Program-made: the position numbers and the translations under genes | IMG/VR virus record: IMGVR_UViG_3300005805_000148 | Coordinates: 1-44,582 of that record | Reading direction: 5' to 3' (one strand) | DNA from: a virus | Lineage: Duplodnaviria > Caudoviricetes | DNA: 44,582 bases | In this document: in pieces, positions 15,584 to 24,495 of the stretch | Position numbering within the stretch: position 1 is the first letter of the stretch | Layout of the letters: every line of letters starts with the position of its first letter | Notes under the pieces: generated by a model | The model's input: only the letters and a program-made list of their open reading frames with translations | Databases searched by the model: none | What the model was told of the DNA's origin: nothing

Positions 15584-16141
15584 GTGACCCGCGCGCGCGA
15601 TAGTCAGCGCAGTCGACTGTATGCAGCCGAGTGGGAGTGCTTTGGCTGGCCAAAGATGGAGTTCAAATCGATGGACGAACTCACGGTTTATCTGTGGAAG
15701 GTTTTATCTAACCGGCACGTACAAAATAAATACGAAGTTGCCCGCAAATTAGTAGATGGCGCTATCCCGCTAAAGATTTCAAACGGTTCTTGGGCGCGTA
15801 GGGCATGGGCCCGGACCGAAGAAGGATTTATGTGGGTGTCATTCCCTCGCAAGAGTAGAACAAAACACGTAGTACTGCACGAAATCTCACACTTACTTGC
15901 GCCGGCAGATTCTTCTCCTCACGGAAGAGAGTTCTGCCAGACATACCTTCACCTTGTAAAACTGTTTTTTGGTACGGACACGCAAAACAAATTTAAGGTC
16001 GCGATGAAGAAGCACAAATGTAAATACTCCAAGACTCACAGTCGATGGAAAACTCCTTTGTCACAAGAGGAAAAGGATGTAATGCTCGCTAGACTGATAG
16101 CAGGTAGAAAAAATGGTCAATCACAAATGGAACGTTCTTAA
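15584..16141 (+). CDS. HEXXH metallohydrolase (Rv0185/TIGR04338-like)
   Basis: RDSQRSRLYAAE, VVLHEISH and HGREF. Confidence 0.85.
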   Translation: MTRARDSQRSRLYAAEWECFGWPKMEFKSMDELTVYLWKVLSNRHVQNKYEVARKLVDGAIPLKISNGSWARRAWARTEEGFMWVSFPRKSRTKHVVLHEISHLLAPADSSPHGREFCQTYLHLVKLFFGTDTQNKFKVAMKKHKCKYSKTHSRWKTPLSQEEKDVMLARLIAGRKNGQSQMERS

Positions 16142-16448
16142 CGCAATGCGCTTTTACAATCGCATCAACAAAGAATTCAGCGGGGAAACGTACGCAGCAT
16201 TTCATTTTGGTAAGTTTGACATGTCGCAGATACTGTTAGAGATTCGCCGGCACAGACAACGCGGTCGAGTTGAGCGAAGAGGGTCCAACTTAGTGCTCAC
16301 AGAAAAAGGACACGCCGACCTGCGAGCATGGGAGAACGCACGCAGGGACAACGCAGACAAATTAAAACAAAAACACGCACTCGCTCGCGGTTACGCAAGA
16401 CCCAACATACGAAACAAGAACGGTTCATACGTAAACCGGGAAGAATAA
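16113..16448 (+). CDS. basic hypothetical protein, possible winged helix
   Basis: G.V.R.G....LTEKG motif. Confidence 0.65.
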   Translation: MVNHKWNVLNAMRFYNRINKEFSGETYAAFHFGKFDMSQILLEIRRHRQRGRVERRGSNLVLTEKGHADLRAWENARRDNADKLKQKHALARGYARPNIRNKNGSYVNREE

Positions 16449-16459
16449 CTTCGCACCAT

Positions 16460-16512
16460 CAAAAAATATGGTGTTCCGGCGATAATAAGTTTATTTTTGC
16501 GCTTTCTTTAAA
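16460..16512 (+). repeat. ~58-bp tripartite element, copy 9 (degenerate)
   Basis: AAAATATGGT-N14-AAGTTTATTT...CTTTCTTTAA. Confidence 0.8.
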
Positions 16513-16589
16513 TATTTTCGCACGCACAGCCAAGCCGTTTCTTAAGCAAAACCGCGCCAAAACATACCCTACAAACCCAAATAACAAAC

Positions 16590-17153
16590 TTACTTACCGC
16601 GTTTCCTGCTATTACCCTTCTTGCTGGTCTTTCTTTTAACGGACTTCTTACTCGCCTTACGGACTTTTGAACTTCTCGTCTGCCTATTGCGTGTGCGAGA
16701 GTATGCTACAGCATGCGACAATGTTTTGGCCTGGGTACGTACTGGGATTTTCGGCAACGTCAAATGCACAGCCATCATCTCTGCCAGTGAGTCAGTTACT
16801 CTCTCATTGACGTAATCGATTCCGGTTTTGCGTTCTGCAAATGTTTTGGGAGACAGTTCCTCTAGGTGTTCTTCTGCCAACTCATTGATTGCGTTGATGT
16901 GACAGTGCATGAGTTCGTGCGCAATGGTTGCACGTAGTAACGAAGCATTCCACTTCTTCCATCCCTTACACAATGACAGGCTTGCTGAATTTTGTGCTGG
17001 TGCGATTTGGATTTCTGCCAACGCTAGGTCTGCACAATAGTAATTCTCGAACTCAATCTTCCAGTGAGATAGTTTCATTTCTGATTGGAGTTTCAGTACA
17101 TAGAGTTTTAGCCATGCCGGATATCTGGTTTTGATTTGTTTAGTCTGGCCCAT
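16590..17153 (-). CDS. HEXXH zinc metallopeptidase-like protein with basic C-terminal tail
   Basis: TIAHELMHCH...E; K/R/S-rich tail. Confidence 0.8.
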   Translation of the reverse strand: MGQTKQIKTRYPAWLKLYVLKLQSEMKLSHWKIEFENYYCADLALAEIQIAPAQNSASLSLCKGWKKWNASLLRATIAHELMHCHINAINELAEEHLEELSPKTFAERKTGIDYVNERVTDSLAEMMAVHLTLPKIPVRTQAKTLSHAVAYSRTRNRQTRSSKVRKASKKSVKRKTSKKGNSRKRGK

Positions 17154-17242
17154 AGGGAGATAGTGTAGGCCTAGAAGTAATGTATGCTTAGGATAGTTCC
17201 GCGGGTATAGAGAACCTGTAAGAACTAGTTCTAGGGGGTTTC

Positions 17243-17836
17243 ATGAACATACCGATGACTAGTAAGAATACAAAAATTACGTCTGACGGGGTTTCGTCAT
17301 GCCTTCCGTTATTTAGTCCTGAAGAATGTATCCAAATAATCGATTGGGCTATCCGTCACGGTTCCAGCCACTACGGGCTCGTACACGCTCACCAGCAAGC
17401 CTCTAGAGCCTCTCTAAGGCGCTGTAAGGAGTATTTGATAGAACCAGCCTCCATAGCGTTCTCAGATGGCTCTAGTGTTGCTTCTAGGGTCTACAGTGCT
17501 TTCGGTTTAGGTAACATCTGGGATTTAGAGTATTCCGAGGTTCCATCTATCCGGATAATGGAATATCAGGTACGCGACGGATATGGACGCCATACGGATT
17601 GGTCTAATGGCGCGGCTAGACATCGCAAGATATCTATGACCTGTCAATTAAGTTCGCCGAAAAATTACGACGGCGGGGCGGTCACTCTTTACGCTGGTCC
17701 TGAATCCCAAGACATATCTCGACAACAGGGAGCGGCCACGCTGTGGCCGTCATGGACTCTGCACGAGGTTCAACCAATAACTCGTGGTGTTCGCTATTCG
17801 CTTACTGCTTGGGCACACGGGACTCCATACAAGTAG
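17243..17836 (+). CDS. 2OG-Fe(II) oxygenase (PKHD/prolyl-hydroxylase-like)
   Basis: HTD...RKIS...YDGG...PSW.LHEV.PIT.G.RYSL..W. Confidence 0.92.
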   Translation: MNIPMTSKNTKITSDGVSSCLPLFSPEECIQIIDWAIRHGSSHYGLVHAHQQASRASLRRCKEYLIEPASIAFSDGSSVASRVYSAFGLGNIWDLEYSEVPSIRIMEYQVRDGYGRHTDWSNGAARHRKISMTCQLSSPKNYDGGAVTLYAGPESQDISRQQGAATLWPSWTLHEVQPITRGVRYSLTAWAHGTPYK

Positions 17837-17903
17837 GGGTTGTATTTTGCTTTTTTGTTCCCTACAATAAAAACAAACCAATAACCAACCTAAAGGAAAA
17901 AAA

Positions 17904-18590
17904 ATGAAACGAATTATCTTTGTTCTGGCGTTTTTATTCACCTCAGTTTTTAACGCCGTGCCGGCGTCAGCCAAGCCTGAATATACAACTCCACCAATTG
18001 ACCCATTTGACGCAAACAGATACTGCTTTCATTCTGGATGTCCAATCATTTATCCGGGCGCAAAAATTATTGCGCTCAGAACCGACCCGATGTGGCCGAT
18101 GATGGGTACTGCGCCGTTGCATATCCCGTTTATCTATATTGCCCTAGACAACAACGATGGATATTCCAATTGGTGGGAAGCAATCGCTTTCTTGGTTTCA
18201 GAAACCGGCGTACGGATTCCATTAGGTCAAGCCGAAGCGGATGATGGGAACGAGTACAAAGCAATTAAGGTTTCCTGCGAGCCATACTGGAATCCGTGTT
18301 CTCCGTCTTTTAGTTGGTTTAGAACTATAATTCCAGCAACAGCACCAACTGGAACCTATGCACTCGAAGTTCAATTTATTAGATTTGACGGAAAACTTGA
18401 TGCAGTTCATACTTTCGGTCCAAATTTTATTGCAATAACTGCAAAGACAACCCCAACAGATATAAGCAACACCGTAAAAGATATAAGTAACACCGTTTGT
18501 AAAAATGTTGGGCGCAAAAAAAATGTTGATGGTAATTGGTATGCCTGCCTTAAAAAAGGTAAACGACTTGCTTGGCAGAGGCTTTTCTAA
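17904..18590 (+). CDS. secreted/exported protein
   Basis: Signal peptide MKRIIFVLAFLF...ASA; C-terminal C...G......C.K.GK.L.W motif. Confidence 0.8.
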   Translation: MKRIIFVLAFLFTSVFNAVPASAKPEYTTPPIDPFDANRYCFHSGCPIIYPGAKIIALRTDPMWPMMGTAPLHIPFIYIALDNNDGYSNWWEAIAFLVSETGVRIPLGQAEADDGNEYKAIKVSCEPYWNPCSPSFSWFRTIIPATAPTGTYALEVQFIRFDGKLDAVHTFGPNFIAITAKTTPTDISNTVKDISNTVCKNVGRKKNVDGNWYACLKKGKRLAWQRLF

Positions 18591-19084
18591 TGGCTTTAGT
18601 AAAGATTGAAAAATGGGAATACGAGCGGGCGCATGCTGTCGGAATTGCTAGATGTGTAGCAAGATGGGGCTCTAAAGACGCGCCGCATTATCAGGATAAG
18701 GCAAGACAAGAAGACAACCGTACGGCCGAGGTCGCTTCGGCTTTGTGTGAACTTGCTGTAGCAAAACTGACCAATAGTTATTGGCACGGGCACGTTTGGC
18801 ATTGGACCGAGCATGCAAAGCACCGAGACTTACCTGATGTCGGGAAAAATACAGAAGTACGCCGATTGCGCACGCGCGACACCGTTCCTATTCGTCGTAG
18901 ACAAAACGACAAAGAGAACCTAAAGGTTTTTGCTGCTCGGGTTATCGGACCAGAGATGGACTCAGTTGAGGTGTATGGATACATCTCGCAAAAAGAAGGC
19001 TGGGAAACAGGTTCACCCGCTGATTATGACCCGGAAAATACTAGAGTCGTGCATATTAGTCAGTTAATACATCACGAAGACTAA
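18590..19084 (+). CDS. hypothetical protein, possible PD-(D/E)xK fold
   Basis: ELAVAK...PDVG...EVR pattern; TAATG-coupled. Confidence 0.7.
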   Translation: MALVKIEKWEYERAHAVGIARCVARWGSKDAPHYQDKARQEDNRTAEVASALCELAVAKLTNSYWHGHVWHWTEHAKHRDLPDVGKNTEVRRLRTRDTVPIRRRQNDKENLKVFAARVIGPEMDSVEVYGYISQKEGWETGSPADYDPENTRVVHISQLIHHED

Positions 19085-19102
19085 AAGACGTAAACTAAAA
19101 TC

Positions 19103-19582
19103 ATGATAGTCGACACCAAACAAAACGATAAGCAAATTCATACTCGTATTGTTTTGATGGATTTGAACGTGGCTCTATCTTCAAACTTTGGCTCGATGCA
19201 TAAATACGGCTTTGAAGACTTTGTGAAGAACCACGAGAACTACAGACAATGGATGGTTGATTTGTTGCGCGACGAATATGTAATTCTTATTACCGCTCGC
19301 AATATCAAATGGGCTATCCCAACACTTAAACGGATTGCAGATAAAACAGATTGGCAGCCAAACGTGGCTTTATTTAACGACACGGAGTTTGATGGAAAAG
19401 ACGCTCCAAAGATAAAAGAACATCAAATGCTTAATCGAGTTTTCAGCACCTACGGAGATGACCCGAACATCTATCACGCGATTGAATCAAATTCAGGGAC
19501 TCGTGCAATGTATAAGCGCCTCGGCATCCCTTCCGTGCATGATTGCGCTCGATATGGGAGATGGAAGAAACTTCCTTTTTAG
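19103..19582 (+). CDS. HAD-superfamily (PNKP phosphatase-like) protein with atypical motifs
   Basis: hhhhDLN, hhhhTAR, K and hhESN in HAD motif order. Confidence 0.7.
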   Translation: MIVDTKQNDKQIHTRIVLMDLNVALSSNFGSMHKYGFEDFVKNHENYRQWMVDLLRDEYVILITARNIKWAIPTLKRIADKTDWQPNVALFNDTEFDGKDAPKIKEHQMLNRVFSTYGDDPNIYHAIESNSGTRAMYKRLGIPSVHDCARYGRWKKLPF

Positions 19583-19803
19583 GCTTTGCTTTTTTCTTCT
19601 AGTTCGTTTTTGAGTGATTTAATTAACTCAGCATAGAAGCCGGGTGTATCAGTTTTTTCATATATTTGAGCAAGAGCAATTGCAAATTCAATTTCTTCTA
19701 TTGATAATTTTTCAGGAGATATAATTTTGGCTTGCAGTTTGTGGAATTCTGCAAGTTTGCTTTCCCATGACAAATCCGAGTTTGATAAATCTAAATGTTC
19801 CAT
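19579..19803 (-). CDS. hypothetical protein
   Basis: RBS GAAAGG. Confidence 0.7.
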   Translation of the reverse strand: MEHLDLSNSDLSWESKLAEFHKLQAKIISPEKLSIEEIEFAIALAQIYEKTDTPGFYAELIKSLKNELEEKSKA

Positions 19804-19822
19804 AAATAGCCTTTCTTTTTAA

Positions 19823-20026
19823 TTATTCTTCGGACCTTTTCTTCTTTGATTTCTTTTTATCTACCGGACCACGAAGGTCGTGAGTCCTAAGAGGATTACC
19901 GGGCGAAAGACGCTGACGTTTTTTGCCGGCCTTTGTTCCAGATACGGTTTCGGTTTGCTTGGTTATCGGATTGACTCGTTCGCGCTGTTGTGAGCCCCGA
20001 GAAACTTTGCCTTTTTTCTTACCCAC
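19823..20026 (-). CDS. small highly basic protein
   Basis: K/R-rich ORF in operon. Confidence 0.7.
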   Translation of the reverse strand: MGKKKGKVSRGSQQRERVNPITKQTETVSGTKAGKKRQRLSPGNPLRTHDLRGPVDKKKSKKKRSEE

Positions 20027-20029
20027 AAC

Positions 20030-20419
20030 TTATATCCTTTGACCGGTTTTCTGAATTACAAATCCGTCTTCGCGGTCAAGCACCACATAGTTGTAATCGA
20101 TTAAGTCAAAGTACTTTTCGCACTCAGAAAGAACAACATCTACAGGCAAGGTAGAGCATGTGTACAGGTCGAATTGTACGCGGGCAGGAACTAATTCATC
20201 CCAAACATGAAACGAAATATGAGAAGTCTCAATGCATACTGTTGCAGTAATGCCACGATTGCCTTCCGCTTCAACATAGTGAGCATGAGGACCGGTCACT
20301 ATTTTCATCCCAATTTTATCAACTAACTGAGTGAGCCAGTCTTTTACTGAATCAACGTCTTGAGGCGGACGGTATGCCTGTCCATTCATCAAAAGGTGGT
20401 TGTGCAAAATTTTTGTCAT
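20030..20419 (-). CDS. speD: S-adenosylmethionine decarboxylase proenzyme
   Basis: HLL...GITA...IETSHISFH.W.E....QFDLYTC. Confidence 0.9.
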   Translation of the reverse strand: MTKILHNHLLMNGQAYRPPQDVDSVKDWLTQLVDKIGMKIVTGPHAHYVEAEGNRGITATVCIETSHISFHVWDELVPARVQFDLYTCSTLPVDVVLSECEKYFDLIDYNYVVLDREDGFVIQKTGQRI

Positions 20420-20870
20420 GAGCAACTTTCTTTATAAAATCTATGTCTTCCGGGTGGACAATATAGTCTATAATTTTCCTATACCGGAGAAAGGATGCCC
20501 TGACCGACCAAGTTCTCTTATTGGCAATACCCCAAAAAGAAGCCAGTAAGGCTCTGGTTGACTCAGAAAATCCACCCCAAATGCCGTGCGGCTCATACTC
20601 AAGAGAATAGAGCAAACACTTTTGTCTTATGGGGCAAGAACGGCAAATTTCAAAGGCTGCTTTTTGCGCAATAACGTCAACGGTTGAATATTTACCATTG
20701 TTGTGAATTGGAAAAAATAAAGATGTATCTACGCCGGAGCAAGAGCCACCTTTTGGCGTATCCATGTCCTCTCCAACTAGGTAGTTTCCGTTAGCCAAAA
20801 ACATGTCTTCGACATATGGCTTTTGGGAAGTCGGAATATCTTTTTCAGTTGAATAGTAAATATTTTTCAT
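20352..20870 (-). CDS. whiB: WhiB family transcription factor
   Basis: C...D..LFFP...IC..CP....CL...E.HGIWGG. Confidence 0.92.
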   Translation of the reverse strand: MKNIYYSTEKDIPTSQKPYVEDMFLANGNYLVGEDMDTPKGGSCSGVDTSLFFPIHNNGKYSTVDVIAQKAAFEICRSCPIRQKCLLYSLEYEPHGIWGGFSESTRALLASFWGIANKRTWSVRASFLRYRKIIDYIVHPEDIDFIKKVAHDKNFAQPPFDEWTGIPSASRR

Positions 20871-20891
20871 TAATTATTCCTTTCATTGGTT

Positions 20892-21089
20892 TTAGTGACT
20901 GTATGACCACTCATGTCTTTCCTTTAACATCAGGACCGCTATGTTGAAAACTATGTCCTCTTCAAAGGTAAAAATTCCATTAGAAGTACATATGTAATGG
21001 ATTTCTGATGTTGTAAATAAATCGCATTCGCTAGGGTCAACAGAATGTGATTGTAAGGCTTGAGTTATAACAACCGCAGAGGCGTACAT
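20892..21089 (-). CDS. hypothetical protein
   Basis: ORF in operon. Confidence 0.55.
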   Translation of the reverse strand: MYASAVVITQALQSHSVDPSECDLFTTSEIHYICTSNGIFTFEEDIVFNIAVLMLKERHEWSYSH

Positions 21090-21346
21090 GCGCTGCCAAT
21101 ACTTAGCGGTGCCGCCTTGCGTGCTAAAGGGTTAACCACCCTCTTTAAAAACAGTTCAATAACATGGTCCCAAGTTTCTTGAGACGGTGCCGGGAATCCC
21201 GCTTGCGCAGCGAGTTTCACACGATTTTTTATGTCCATGTTTTTAACCGTAAAAGGTTTTAGTCCCAACTCTTCAATTCTGTCAACAATTTTTACCGCTT
21301 TAAAAAAACGATTTTGACGCTTGTATGGATTAGGTTCAGTCTCCAA
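21065..21346 (-). CDS. hypothetical protein
   Basis: ORF in operon; A..AG..APSQETW motif. Confidence 0.7.
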   Translation of the reverse strand: METEPNPYKRQNRFFKAVKIVDRIEELGLKPFTVKNMDIKNRVKLAAQAGFPAPSQETWDHVIELFLKRVVNPLARKAAPLSIGSACTPLRLL

Positions 21347-21542
21347 ATGGAATCTCTTTTTCTGTTGTTAATGACCAAACTTTTGTTCTGGTCTTTGTGT
21401 TGTTATTTACTTTAGCGACATTATGTTCTTTCACCAACTCTTGAGCAGCGCCAAACGCCAAAGAAGTAATCATCAGTAATATAAAAAATACAAAAGCAAA
21501 CGTCCAGCCGAGTATGGCCAAAATCAAAACAAACATACTCAT
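21336..21542 (-). CDS. membrane protein
   Basis: N-terminal hydrophobic helix; ATGA-coupled. Confidence 0.7.
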   Translation of the reverse strand: MSMFVLILAILGWTFAFVFFILLMITSLAFGAAQELVKEHNVAKVNNNTKTRTKVWSLTTEKEIPFGD

Positions 21543-21823
21543 TCTATAGGGGCTCGTCCACCTGCAATTATTTTTCTAGCGAGAGCAACCATTTGCTGAA
21601 TGAGAGGTTTTGAAACTGTAAGTTCACCAGCCATTGCTGAATAAGAAAGACCGTCACCATCCAGTCCGCCAAACTCACAAGACTCTTTAATGGCCAAAGC
21701 ACGAAGTTCAATAATGTTTCTTCGAATTTCTGCAACGCTTGGTAATAGTTCGTAATGTAGAACGCGCGCCCTTTCAACAGGGTCAGTCATTTTTTGAACT
21801 TCTTTAATTTTTGACTCAATCAT
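21539..21823 (-). CDS. HTH-like protein
   Basis: GLSYSAMAGEL.VSKPLIQQMV. Confidence 0.7.
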   Translation of the reverse strand: MIESKIKEVQKMTDPVERARVLHYELLPSVAEIRRNIIELRALAIKESCEFGGLDGDGLSYSAMAGELTVSKPLIQQMVALARKIIAGGRAPIE

Positions 21824-21825
21824 AT

Positions 21826-22227
21826 TTACTCCAACTCGATAATTTCTAGCCTGGCTTTATTTTCTCCTGAGATAACTGGTGCCTCAAATACAAGTCTACG
21901 CACAGTATCCGGTCCATCTTCGATAAGGATGCCTGCGTCTACAAGCCCGTCAATCATGGCTTTTGCTACCGGGAAATGATTTCCAGTATCTGGCATACTC
22001 TGCCTGTTGCGCCTATGGGGGGTGAACCGGACTTCTACGGCCTTCATTTTGGGTATTTTTCGGGCTTTAGCGGCTACGCAAGTAGCGCTTCGCCATTCTT
22101 TAACCTTTTTACCTACAGCAAAATGATTTAATGTCCGCTCTTTATTTAGAGTCCACATTTCACCCCAAACTTCCACTACGTATGGAATATCGCTAATCGG
22201 TGGCGCTGGGTTCTTTTTTTTACTCAT
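21826..22227 (-). CDS. RusA-like Holliday junction resolvase
   Basis: D..N....KAMIDGLVDAGIL.ED motif. Confidence 0.85.
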   Translation of the reverse strand: MSKKKNPAPPISDIPYVVEVWGEMWTLNKERTLNHFAVGKKVKEWRSATCVAAKARKIPKMKAVEVRFTPHRRNRQSMPDTGNHFPVAKAMIDGLVDAGILIEDGPDTVRRLVFEAPVISGENKARLEIIELE

Positions 22228-22946
22228 TTGAACGCTACCCACCCCGCAAAATTAAGACATTGCCAAAATCTTTGTATATTTGTAAAGCCAGCGTCCTTGA
22301 GCATCGACTCATTTTCTGACGCCCTTAATGGAACCAGTACACCTTGAAGCGATTTGCGCTTTTCTTCAATTTGTTCATCGGTATATCCTTTTTCTCGCTT
22401 GAAGTCGTGATAAATGTCTACAAGTAAAGCCTGCGAAGAAGGCGTTTCACCTAGTACCTTCTCAACGATAATAAAAACCCCATCAGTAGAGAGACCTTTA
22501 TGAATCTGTTCATAGAACATTTGGCGCGCATCGAGAGGGATGAACTGCGCCGTAAGTACGCAAGTAATGACGGTATATTTGCCCGGAAAAATTTCGATAT
22601 CGACCAAATCACTTTGAACAAAATTTACATTGTTCCATCCTTGAAAAAGTTCCTGCGCTTTCGCAATCATGCTCAAAGATGAGTCAACGCCGACGCAAAC
22701 GATTTCAGAATTAGGTTCAACTGCGTCAAGTATTTCGTAAATAGTGTCTCCTCTAGAACAGCCAAGGTCCAATAAGTATTGATTGTGTCTTTCGGGAGAA
22801 AAAAAACTTTTGGCAATCCTGACTACAGAATCGCGCATTGTTCCATATCCGGGAATTGAGCGAGAAAGCATGTCAGGAAATACAGAAGTTACTGATTCAT
22901 TGAACTCCCACTTTCCGCTTGGCTTGTAATTATCTTTTTCGTTCAT
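22224..22946 (-). CDS. cmoA: carboxy-SAM synthase (CmoA-like)
   Basis: W.F.E.V..VFPDML.RSIPGY, DLGCS.G, QFI, EK, I..KR.SL and L..AGF....WQCLNF match CmoA along the full length. Confidence 0.88.
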   Translation of the reverse strand: MNEKDNYKPSGKWEFNESVTSVFPDMLSRSIPGYGTMRDSVVRIAKSFFSPERHNQYLLDLGCSRGDTIYEILDAVEPNSEIVCVGVDSSLSMIAKAQELFQGWNNVNFVQSDLVDIEIFPGKYTVITCVLTAQFIPLDARQMFYEQIHKGLSTDGVFIIVEKVLGETPSSQALLVDIYHDFKREKGYTDEQIEEKRKSLQGVLVPLRASENESMLKDAGFTNIQRFWQCLNFAGWVAFK

Positions 22947-24490
22947 AACTCAATGCCGAGTCTTTTAGAAAATGCTGCCTTAGCCTCTTGTGCCATACCT
23001 AAACGACGACCTTCTGGGTGGGGTACATTAAACTCAAATTCAAGAGCCTCTCTTAATCTGTCCGGGTTAATAGGTTTTGGGTTTTCGGCTACAGCCTGGA
23101 CACATCCACTTTTTGCAGTCATAAACGTATCTACTGTTTTGAACCCATGATGAATAAGTTCTTCGAATTCTGTTTCAGTGTGGAATTTTTGAACTTTTGG
23201 TTTTAGGGCTATATCTGACAACACAACACGAGGTTCGTAGTCAAGCGTAAATCCTCTGCTTGAAGTGTCATGGCTTTTTTTAAGGTCTCCACGGGTGTGA
23301 TTGAACCAACGGTCTGACTCGGATGAAACCGCGACAGCGTGGCATTTTGTTTGCGGGGAGGACAGGGCCGCAACAATCGTCATGATATGAAGTCTGTCTT
23401 GAAGAAATGGCACGCTGTTGAATACGTGAGAAATAAAAATACTGTCCCACTCCGTCTTGTCGGCAACACGCTCTAAAAACTTTGCGGTCAGTTTGCGTGC
23501 ACCTTCCGTGTCAATATTTTCGTTGTCCTTGCCTAGAAAGAAAGGCTCAAAAGCAACAGCATCAACACCAAGTCCATTAAGTATTTCTGTCTTATCGCAT
23601 AGTCCAGCACCAAAGTCAATGACGTGAGTGCCATAATATTTTTTCCACATCTCAATGTGCTTTTCGTTTTCCAATTGAAAAGCGCCCACTCTGTTGCCGG
23701 TGTTGATGTAATGGCGGATTAGGTCTTCTACGAAGACCGTTGAAAGAGTCGTCTGTCTTTGATTCTTTCTGCGAAAAGAGTTATACCTAAGTAGGTCTTC
23801 ATATCTTTCCTGAATGTTGTAATCCATCGTTAGTAAATTTAACATCGCTTGGATATGGCTGGCATATTTCTCATCAACAAAAACAACGTTTACCGTGTCG
23901 TAGTTTTCTTGGATTGCAAAAGTTAATCGCGCCCTACCGTTCAAGACTCTGTAATCCGGGGTGCATATCACTGGCAATTGAGGCAAGCCATTTGATTTAA
24001 TATATGAAGCCATCTGTACGGCGTGCGCTTCGGGCCACCGCTCATTAAGTTTTGCAAGTCTTAATGTTGCAACCGGCTTTTGATTTAAAATTGGATACCA
24101 TTCAGGCGTGTCAACAGGTACGTCTGGAAGTGTTTTGATTTGATTTATTTCATCAATCCGTTCAAGTAATTCATTTTTTAATTCTTTAGTTGACCGAGTT
24201 TTATACATGTCATTCGTCGCGCGATTATAGAGAACGTTGATACCCATTCTTCTATCAACTTTAAAAAAGGGCACACGAACAACCGGAACCATTTTTGCTC
24301 CAAGACGTTGAGCGATAAGATGTCTTTGATGGCCGCTAAGTATTTCACCGTTTACGTCTGCGTAAATAGGTAAAAGCCAACCAAACTTACGCAATGACAG
24401 TTCAACTAAATCAAGTCTTTCCTTATCCGCTTTACGTGGATTGTAAGCAGAAGGAGATAGGCCATCGATTGGGGTCAATACAGGCTTCAT
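22943..24490 (-). CDS. ParB/Srx-domain protein fused to a Rossmann SAM-dependent transferase
   Basis: YNPR, ILSGHQR and second LNGRAR; C-terminal IDFGAG, AFEPF and DSIFISHVFNSVPF. Confidence 0.85.
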   Translation of the reverse strand: MKPVLTPIDGLSPSAYNPRKADKERLDLVELSLRKFGWLLPIYADVNGEILSGHQRHLIAQRLGAKMVPVVRVPFFKVDRRMGINVLYNRATNDMYKTRSTKELKNELLERIDEINQIKTLPDVPVDTPEWYPILNQKPVATLRLAKLNERWPEAHAVQMASYIKSNGLPQLPVICTPDYRVLNGRARLTFAIQENYDTVNVVFVDEKYASHIQAMLNLLTMDYNIQERYEDLLRYNSFRRKNQRQTTLSTVFVEDLIRHYINTGNRVGAFQLENEKHIEMWKKYYGTHVIDFGAGLCDKTEILNGLGVDAVAFEPFFLGKDNENIDTEGARKLTAKFLERVADKTEWDSIFISHVFNSVPFLQDRLHIMTIVAALSSPQTKCHAVAVSSESDRWFNHTRGDLKKSHDTSSRGFTLDYEPRVVLSDIALKPKVQKFHTETEFEELIHHGFKTVDTFMTAKSGCVQAVAENPKPINPDRLREALEFEFNVPHPEGRRLGMAQEAKAAFSKRLGIEL

Positions 24491-24495
24491 AACAG

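Noticed and set aside
953-16512. 58-bp repeats as a CRISPR array
   Set aside because: Spacing is 0.9-3.5 kb with whole genes between copies, the repeats are degenerate, and no cas genes are present
953-16512. 58-bp repeats as integron attC or Xer dif sites
   Set aside because: No RYYYAAC/GTTRRRY ends, the dyad is not maintained in all copies, and there is no TTATGTTAAAT-like XerD arm
18457-18497. Tandem repeat AGATATAAGYAACACCGT in ORF 17904-18590
   Set aside because: In-frame duplication (DISNTVK DISNTV) in a linker; no further significance evident
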